Sequence record: OR413575.1
Length of the DNA: 64,000 bases
Direction: 5' to 3' (one strand)
A program made the translations under genes and the position numbers. Below the pieces are notes generated by a model. That model did no database searches. It was not told the origin of the DNA and worked only from the letters and a program-made list of their open reading frames with translations. This document shows, one piece after another, positions 58,100-64,000 of this stretch (positions are counted from its first letter, which is position 1; each line of letters begins with the position of its first letter).

Positions 58100-59241
58100 G
58101 CATGTATAGAAGATTTTATGGGTGGGAGAACTTTTACGGTAGCAACTCGGCCAGTAACTTTAGCGGTAAAAGATACGAACCTTTTGATACAGCGTTAAGT
58201 TGGGCTTTCCGCAGAGATAACAAATTAAATCTAGCTGTGGCAACTATACGTGGCGACCAGCTTAATAGTAATTTATCTACTGTAGTAAGAACTAGCCTTG
58301 TCAGTAACTCTACATTAATGAGAGTTGATAAGACAAACGCTGGTTCCGAAGGTTCCTTGTTGTTACGGTTAGAAAGTAAAGAAAAAGGTATTACTCGATT
58401 CGGTCTTAGAATGACTCGTGGTAATTTGGTCAGCGCGCCCACTTTATACGTGACGGGTAGTTTCTCAATTATTAACGGCACTGAGGTTTGGTCTGCTTAT
58501 AGTTTCGCTTACTCCGCGGGTACTCAAGTATACGTAGAGATAGAAATAGACTGGGGTGAGAAGATCGCCAAGTTTTACATGAATGATGCTTTGAATGGTA
58601 CTATCGAATTCACTTCATTGAGTTCGATCTACCTCGGAAGTTTCGTTAAGCCGTCTTATGTACGTACCCAGCCTGGTAGTGCTACGGGCGGTAGTACATT
58701 GTCATGGGCGTATAATGGTACTAATAGGTATCAGTCTTGGGGCGATATGTACTTGACGTACTGGGATGGAGAGGGTGATGATGATGGTCGTTATGGTCCT
58801 ATACATTGCGTTCGACTGCCGCCTAAAGATCTTATCGTCGGTGGTTCATTAAAAGGTTATAGTACGAACTCGCAGTTTACTGACACCACTCAGACGTTTG
58901 ATCAGTATTCAAACGTAGGTGTTCTGACAAGTAGTGTAAATGCTGAAACGTCCGTAGCATTTGATCAGATCGACGGTACTACTGTTAATGGCGAAGTCTT
59001 AGGTTATTCATTCTCTGTGTCTGGTACAGAGAATGATAATACTCAGCCTCTGGCCATTGATGCTAATATCTATCACGGAGAAAAAGAAGTCCCTTTGAAT
59101 TCAGATATTCAAGTTACTCCACTCACTGGCTCTACACCTAATGGCGCATACCCTAATACATCAGTAGGTTATATTCCGGCAAGTGAATTAGCTAAGGGAG
59201 AAGTCATTACTCTTGGCGCTAAGTTAGTCCGCAGGAAATAA
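58096..59241 (+). CDS. Probable virion structural protein (beta-sandwich)
   Basis: 381-aa Ser/Thr/Gly-rich ORF. Y.EIEIDW, WGDMYL and GPIHCVRLP patterns resemble jumbo-phage tail-associated families. Confidence 0.65.
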   Translation: MSMYRRFYGWENFYGSNSASNFSGKRYEPFDTALSWAFRRDNKLNLAVATIRGDQLNSNLSTVVRTSLVSNSTLMRVDKTNAGSEGSLLLRLESKEKGITRFGLRMTRGNLVSAPTLYVTGSFSIINGTEVWSAYSFAYSAGTQVYVEIEIDWGEKIAKFYMNDALNGTIEFTSLSSIYLGSFVKPSYVRTQPGSATGGSTLSWAYNGTNRYQSWGDMYLTYWDGEGDDDGRYGPIHCVRLPPKDLIVGGSLKGYSTNSQFTDTTQTFDQYSNVGVLTSSVNAETSVAFDQIDGTTVNGEVLGYSFSVSGTENDNTQPLAIDANIYHGEKEVPLNSDIQVTPLTGSTPNGAYPNTSVGYIPASELAKGEVITLGAKLVRRK

Positions 59242-59289
59242 GACGGCACAAATCGGAGAGGAGCCAATGGCTCCTCTCCTGTGCTGTTA
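59242..59289. repeat. Convergent-junction palindromic element, copy C (reverse orientation)
   Basis: Reverse complement is CAGCACAGGAGAGGAGCC-ATT-GGCTCCTCTCCGATTTGTGCCGTC. Confidence 0.9.
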
Positions 59290-59931
59290 CGCCGGTAAGA
59301 CGAACGGCTCTGGCATATCTTCGATTTCAGTGACTACATCGATCAGATCGATGTATTCGTAAACCGCTTCCTGCAGACGATGACTTTCACCGATTACAGT
59401 TTTAGTTACTTCGAAGAGTTGTTCGCGAGTCAATTCGAGATTGACATTGTCAGCTGTACGGACAGTGAACCCGGAGAGTTCAGTATCCATGTACGCTAAC
59501 AGGACGAGTTCACCCAATACCTGACGAGATTGGATAGACAGAGAGAAAGGATATTTCTTCTTGTCGATCTCCACTTCGACATTACGACCTTGGATGGACT
59601 GACCTTCGTAATCTGCATGCATGACTGCTTCAGACTTAGCTTGACGAAGTTTTTCATCCAGCTCTTCCTGAGTAAAGTCACGTACGTCATACGCACGCCG
59701 CCATTTACCGTCTTCCCCTTTGACCGGGAAGACTTCTGTTACTACATCGCCAGTAGGGATTTCTACATCCAGAACCGGGTAGTAGCCAAACGGTACCATC
59801 TGCTCTTCTTCCTGAGTAGAAGAGAAGGACACGTTACGGTATTCGTTACGTGCATCTTCGATGTACACCGGGTACTTAGGTTCCAGAGGAGACTCCGGGC
59901 GGATTAAACGACTACGTTCATTAATACGCAT
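59287..59931 (-). CDS. Tail fibre assembly chaperone (DUF4376-like)
   Basis: YPVY...FGYYPV...PTGDVVTE..P...DGKW...VRDFT.EE N-domain plus a DUF4376-like C-domain; directly downstream of a fibre gene. Confidence 0.72.
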   Translation of the reverse strand: MRINERSRLIRPESPLEPKYPVYIEDARNEYRNVSFSSTQEEEQMVPFGYYPVLDVEIPTGDVVTEVFPVKGEDGKWRRAYDVRDFTQEELDEKLRQAKSEAVMHADYEGQSIQGRNVEVEIDKKKYPFSLSIQSRQVLGELVLLAYMDTELSGFTVRTADNVNLELTREQLFEVTKTVIGESHRLQEAVYEYIDLIDVVTEIEDMPEPFVLPA

Positions 59932-59946
59932 TTTTAGGTTCCCTTA

Positions 59947-62900
59947 TTAAACTTTCTGGCTAACGGAAGCGGTCAGACGAGTACCATCCCACATTACAGT
60001 GATGTTGGTATAGGTAGCACCCATTACAGGAGCACGCTCTTCAGTCCATTTCATGGTGCTCGGCCAGGTGATGTTACCGGTAGAGCCTTCCATCACGACA
60101 ACAAACACTTGCGCACGGTTAGCAGGCAGGTTGTTGAACTTGATGGTCATCTGTTTGGTGCCGTCGATGATGAAGCAGTTGAATTCATCAGCGTTGAAGT
60201 TACCATCAGTAACACGAGTAATGGCCAGGTTGTAAGTATCCAGACCGAACTCAGCCCAGGCTTTACCTTTACGAACGTATTGTTTCCCGTCGTTAGGTGC
60301 TTCCTGTACCGGCAGCGGAACCCACTCACCAGCCAAACGAACCTGATGGATATACTTCTCAACGGTATCGTAAACGTTACCACCACCGATATTGGCTAAC
60401 AGAACCCAGCGAGTGGTAGAAACTTTCTGGTGAAGTTCATTGGCAGTGTATACCCACGCCAAGTCACCTTCCTGACCATCTAAAGCAGTAGGACGAGCGG
60501 CCATCGGAATTACACGATTACCGTCTTTACCATCTGCCCCTTTCTTACCAGGAGCACCGTCTTTACCGTTGGTACCGTTGGTACCGTCTTCGCCTTTCAG
60601 CTTCTGACCAGTAGAGATGAATTTGTTCTGATCGGCAGACCACATCCACAGAACACCATCAACCATGTACCCATCGCCAGTTTCACCCGTAGAAGGTAAC
60701 TGAGATTCGTTATCCAGGTAATCTTTTACCGGGACAGACGGACCTACAGGACCCTGCTTACCTTCCGGGCCTTCTTTACCCTCAGGACCGATCAAAGAAG
60801 TCAGGTATTCTTCGATAGTGCCTTCGAAACCATTAGCTACAGCGATCTGGTATGCAGACTGACCTGCCTCACCAGTCAGGGATGCGATCCACTGAGCTTC
60901 ATTACCGTTGAACCCTTGGCGTACTGCGATAGCGTAAGCTGATTCGCCTTTCTGAGTTTCAAGGAACTGTTGCTCTGTGCCCTGGAAGCCATTACGCTTA
61001 GCTACTTGGTAGATGCTTTCGCCGTTATCGCCCTTCTCACCATGAAGAGATTGCAGCCATGCGGTTTTATCTCCCTGGAAACCGGCTTCTACCGCGATGT
61101 CGTAAGCCGACTTACCGTCAGGCCCGATATCACCTTTAGCACCTTTGAGGGATGCAATCCACTCATCGAGTGTACCGGTAAAGCCTTGCTGTTGAGCTAG
61201 CTCAAACGCAGACTTACCGTCAGGCCCACGGAATTCTGAACCAGCTTTATAACCGGTTTCAGTCCAGAGGTACATGGTGTTGCCAACTAAATAAATAGTT
61301 GATACGTCACCCGTCTCAGGTAAGGACCCTACGTCAGCAGCTTCAACAATCTTGTCAAACCCAGGAGCACGCAGAGATACCAGCCATTCAGCTTCAGTTC
61401 CTGCAAATCCCTGATCTTTGGCAATGTCAAATGCAGACTTACCGGTGTCACCACGCAGGCTAACTAGCCATGCAGCCTCATCACCTACGAAGCCTTTATC
61501 AACCGCAAGCTGATATGCGTCTTTACCCGGCTTACCAACCAGAGAAGCTAACCACTCTTCTTCGGTACCGTTAAAGCCTTTCTGGACAGCCAGTTTGTAC
61601 CCGTTGTCACCTTCTAGTGATTTCAGGTAATCTTCAACCGTGCCAGTGAAGCCTTCTTGAACAGCCAGCTCGTAAGCTGAGTAACCAGGAGCGCCGTCTT
61701 TACCATTCAGGCTAGCCAGCCACGCAGCTTCAGTGCCTTCGAAACCACCTTCTACAGCTGCTTCGTACGCGGATTGACCAACGTCACCTTGCTTACCGTG
61801 GAGCGACTGAATCCATTCCGTTTCAGTTCCAGCGTAACCACCTTTAACAGCAGTCTGATAAGCGCTCTCACCAGTATTCCCTTTAAGGGATGCGATCCAT
61901 TCGGATTCGGATCCGGTATAACCGCCTTCTTTGGCAATCTCGTATGCAGATTTACCATCGGGTCCGATGTCGCCCTTTTCGCCTTTGATGTTACCAGCAT
62001 CGTACCATGCATCGTTGATCCATAGATACATGTTGGTGCCGACCATCCAGTAGTATTCGGAATCACCAGTAGGTGGTAAATCTTTGGCGTCAGTTACTGC
62101 ACCGCCAGCACGCAGACCCGGAGATTTCAGAGAAGCAATGAATGCAGTCTCGTCACCTACGAAGCCATTGTCTACCGCTACTTGATAAGCTGACTTACCG
62201 TCCGGTCCTACCAGAGATGCGAGCCATGCTGCTTCGTCGCCTTCGAAACCAGCCTTCTTAGCCAGTTCAAATGCGGATTCACCATCAGTACCATCAAGGC
62301 CGTCTTTACCATGTAAAGAAGCTAACCACTCCTCGCGGCTACCTTTATAACCGGCTTCCTGAGCGACAGCAAAAGCATCCTTACCGTCAGGACCCTGTTC
62401 ACCTTCTTTGCCTTGACCGCCACGAATTGCTTCGACGTAATCTTCGAAGGTCACTTCTTCGGGCTTAGGTTGGCGCTCTTTCCATACTTCAAAAGCATCT
62501 TTACCTTCCGGACCACGTTGTCCGAAGATAGACCATTCTTCGCCAGTCCAAATGTAGATGATACCTTTGATCAGATATGCATCGCCATTCTTCTCAGCAG
62601 ATTCAGGCAGGTCTTCTACTTCAGGCAGAGGACCGATAACGTTAATACCAGTACCATCCCGGCCAGCTGGTCCACGGAAGTCACCGATATCAACCCACGT
62701 TTGTTCACCAGTAATAGTACTGTGAATGAACAGGAAGATATGAGTACCGATTACGTAGAACTCGCCGTAATTGGAATCAGCTGCTGCTGGGAGTTCAGAC
62801 TCGTCGTTCAACTCGCCGCGATATTTGAATGCGAGGGAAGACATGAGATCTGCGATAGTAATCCCGTAGTTATCGCCAGCGGACGCTAACGGGATGATCT

Positions 62901-62949
62901 CTTCGCCGGTGAATTTCTTCAGGCGTTGGAATTCAGAAATCTTTGACAT
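59947..62949 (-). CDS. Collagen-like repeat tail fibre/appendage protein with foldon-like motifs
   Basis: About 20 GKSAYxxAxxxGFxGxExEWLASLxG units with short G-X-Y runs, five ELP..G..Y.V....Y.W knob domains, an EAPNDGKQYVRKGKAW segment, and a KISEF..L..FTGEE attachment-like N-terminus. AGGAG RBS. Confidence 0.85.
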   Translation of the reverse strand: MSKISEFQRLKKFTGEEIIPLASAGDNYGITIADLMSSLAFKYRGELNDESELPAAADSNYGEFYVIGTHIFLFIHSTITGEQTWVDIGDFRGPAGRDGTGINVIGPLPEVEDLPESAEKNGDAYLIKGIIYIWTGEEWSIFGQRGPEGKDAFEVWKERQPKPEEVTFEDYVEAIRGGQGKEGEQGPDGKDAFAVAQEAGYKGSREEWLASLHGKDGLDGTDGESAFELAKKAGFEGDEAAWLASLVGPDGKSAYQVAVDNGFVGDETAFIASLKSPGLRAGGAVTDAKDLPPTGDSEYYWMVGTNMYLWINDAWYDAGNIKGEKGDIGPDGKSAYEIAKEGGYTGSESEWIASLKGNTGESAYQTAVKGGYAGTETEWIQSLHGKQGDVGQSAYEAAVEGGFEGTEAAWLASLNGKDGAPGYSAYELAVQEGFTGTVEDYLKSLEGDNGYKLAVQKGFNGTEEEWLASLVGKPGKDAYQLAVDKGFVGDEAAWLVSLRGDTGKSAFDIAKDQGFAGTEAEWLVSLRAPGFDKIVEAADVGSLPETGDVSTIYLVGNTMYLWTETGYKAGSEFRGPDGKSAFELAQQQGFTGTLDEWIASLKGAKGDIGPDGKSAYDIAVEAGFQGDKTAWLQSLHGEKGDNGESIYQVAKRNGFQGTEQQFLETQKGESAYAIAVRQGFNGNEAQWIASLTGEAGQSAYQIAVANGFEGTIEEYLTSLIGPEGKEGPEGKQGPVGPSVPVKDYLDNESQLPSTGETGDGYMVDGVLWMWSADQNKFISTGQKLKGEDGTNGTNGKDGAPGKKGADGKDGNRVIPMAARPTALDGQEGDLAWVYTANELHQKVSTTRWVLLANIGGGNVYDTVEKYIHQVRLAGEWVPLPVQEAPNDGKQYVRKGKAWAEFGLDTYNLAITRVTDGNFNADEFNCFIIDGTKQMTIKFNNLPANRAQVFVVVMEGSTGNITWPSTMKWTEERAPVMGATYTNITVMWDGTRLTASVSQKV

Positions 62950-62993
62950 TTAGGTGAATCTCCTGTTCTTTATCAAACTCGATTTCGACGGGC

Positions 62994-63011
62994 ATTATTT
63001 TGCAAAATAAT
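62994..63011. promoter_or_regulatory. Perfect 18-bp palindrome, possible operator
   Basis: ATTATTTTGCAAAATAAT in the divergent intergenic region. Confidence 0.45.
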
Positions 63012-63086
63012 GAATTGTAACATAGGAATGACGTGCTATAGATGTAACGTAGCAAATAATACGTTTGTTTCAATTTCTAGGCGCTT

Positions 63087-63107
63087 TATCCTTACTATAG
63101 TGAAGTA
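63087..63107 (+). promoter_or_regulatory. Candidate early promoter
   Basis: TATCCTTACTATAGTGAAGTA matches the repeated motif, 17 nt before ATG 63124. Confidence 0.6.
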
Positions 63108-63123
63108 TTCCAAGGGCATTAAA

Positions 63124-63399
63124 ATGACTCCTAACAACTCTTCGTTTAGTAACGCAGTTTTTCATGGGAATGATTTAATTATCCTGTTCTCGCATAGTCG
63201 ACAGATTACGGTAGTTAATCCAGACCAGAATACGATCGTCTCTATGAATGATAGCGTAATTATTTTAGAGAATACAGGGATGAGTTTCCGCTATGAAATT
63301 TATTACCCTGATGCTATAGGTGCGCAATCCGCACTCGTACGTTTTGTTAACTTTATTCATGGTATCGATATAAAAGAGGAACTTAATAAAAATGGCTAA
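63124..63399 (+). CDS. Hypothetical protein (start placed at ATG 63124)
   Basis: The longer 63010 start would place the promoter motif inside the ORF. AAGGG RBS-like sequence before 63124. Confidence 0.6.
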   Translation: MTPNNSSFSNAVFHGNDLIILFSHSRQITVVNPDQNTIVSMNDSVIILENTGMSFRYEIYYPDAIGAQSALVRFVNFIHGIDIKEELNKNG

Positions 63400-63691
63400 A
63401 CTTCTTGTAACTAGTCCTGTACCTAATACTGGTGTTTACATGGTAGCTCGTCGTAACGGTGCTCCTGTTGAGTTACATGACCTGAAAGAAGGTTTCCGTA
63501 ATTTGGAAGCAGTCTATCCGGAAGAAGGATTTGATCAGTATCTGAGCGTTGATGGGTTTCAGTTACACACCATCGGTGAACGTATCCCTGGCGACGTCGT
63601 ACGCGGCCTTAAACAGCTCGCTAAGAAGTTTGACTGGAAGGTGACTAAAGTATCACCAGATAAGCTCCCCGTCATCATGCGTGGCATGTAA
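63392..63691 (+). CDS. Hypothetical protein
   Basis: 99-aa ORF with GAGGA RBS. Confidence 0.72.
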   Translation: MAKLLVTSPVPNTGVYMVARRNGAPVELHDLKEGFRNLEAVYPEEGFDQYLSVDGFQLHTIGERIPGDVVRGLKQLAKKFDWKVTKVSPDKLPVIMRGM

Positions 63692-63704
63692 GAGCGTTAT
63701 ATTG

Positions 63705-63726
63705 GAATGGGTGTAAAAACCCATTC
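63705..63726 (+). terminator. Hairpin terminator
   Basis: GAATGGGT-GTAAAA-ACCCATTC. Confidence 0.55.
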
Positions 63727-63741
63727 TAAGATTATTTCAGA

Positions 63742-63764
63742 TATATATACTAATAGTGAATAGA
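63742..63764 (+). promoter_or_regulatory. Candidate early promoter
   Basis: TATATATACTAATAGTGAATAGA; shares ATAGTGAATAGA with the 49078 copy. Confidence 0.62.
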
Positions 63765-63809
63765 ATATCCTATTCAATTATATCATTTATTTAAATAAGG
63801 AATTATATC

Positions 63810-63959
63810 ATGATCTTCATTATCTGGTTCGTAGCTGCACTGATCGTTTCCCTGATGGCTAAAGGCACTGGCCGTAGTGCGGGCATCTGGTTTGTCATGT
63901 CCATCATCCTGACTCCAGTTCTGGCATTCGTAGTACTCGTCGCTACTAGCGGAAAATAA
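63810..63959 (+). CDS. 49-aa two-helix membrane micro-protein (not in the ORF track)
   Basis: MIFIIWFVAALIVSLMAKGTGRSAGIWFVMSIILTPVLAFVVLVATSGK; AAGGA RBS; own promoter. Confidence 0.75.
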   Translation: MIFIIWFVAALIVSLMAKGTGRSAGIWFVMSIILTPVLAFVVLVATSGK

Positions 63960-64000
63960 CTTACATTCAATTAAATTCGTTAACGAAAGGAATATTCCAT

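Noticed and set aside
63010-63123. N-terminal 38 codons of the 129-aa ORF
   Set aside because: No RBS, and it overlaps the palindrome and promoter motif; ATG 63124 is the better start.
47377-64000. tRNA or structured ncRNA genes in intergenic gaps
   Set aside because: The gaps are short and are explained by terminators and promoters; no cloverleaf or T-loop GTTCRA context was recognised by eye. A covariance-model scan would be decisive.

Overview
This window is a segment of a phiKZ-related (Chimalliviridae-like) jumbo myophage genome. The assignment rests on protein motifs and gene order, not on a database search. 1-11 kb is a tail-fibre/baseplate paralog array built on NPHxVTxxQ(V/A)G repeats, including a Peptidase_S74 chaperone fibre. 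It is followed by the central spike (gp164-like), SbcC/Rad50 ATPase, RNase HI, UvsX/RecA, three of the four split virion RNA polymerase subunits (gp149-, gp178- and gp180-like), the prohead protease (gp175-like), a 2.2-kaa tail lytic transglycosylase (gp181-like) and a gp182-like protein. 47.4-64 kb is a mostly hypothetical early/accessory region with TATATTAC-type promoters, a GNAT, a DHH phosphoesterase and membrane micro-proteins. It is interrupted by a convergent four-gene appendage module containing a collagen-like fibre with foldon-like motifs. The most notable unexplained signals are: (i) a family of GC-rich hairpins followed by TGTGCT(G/C)T(T/C)A instead of a U-tract, found at five convergent gene junctions and one co-directional junction, with three near-identical 43-45 bp copies, two of which carry mutually inverted loops; (ii) a hypothetical protein ending in a ribonucleotide-reductase-like redox tail (DCGDACKI); (iii) back-to-back complementary Shine-Dalgarno sites in a 27-bp divergent gap; (iv) recurring SLE(S/A) protease sites, including inside the vRNAP beta subunit. 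No tRNA, CRISPR array, integrase, intron or reverse transcriptase was recognised.
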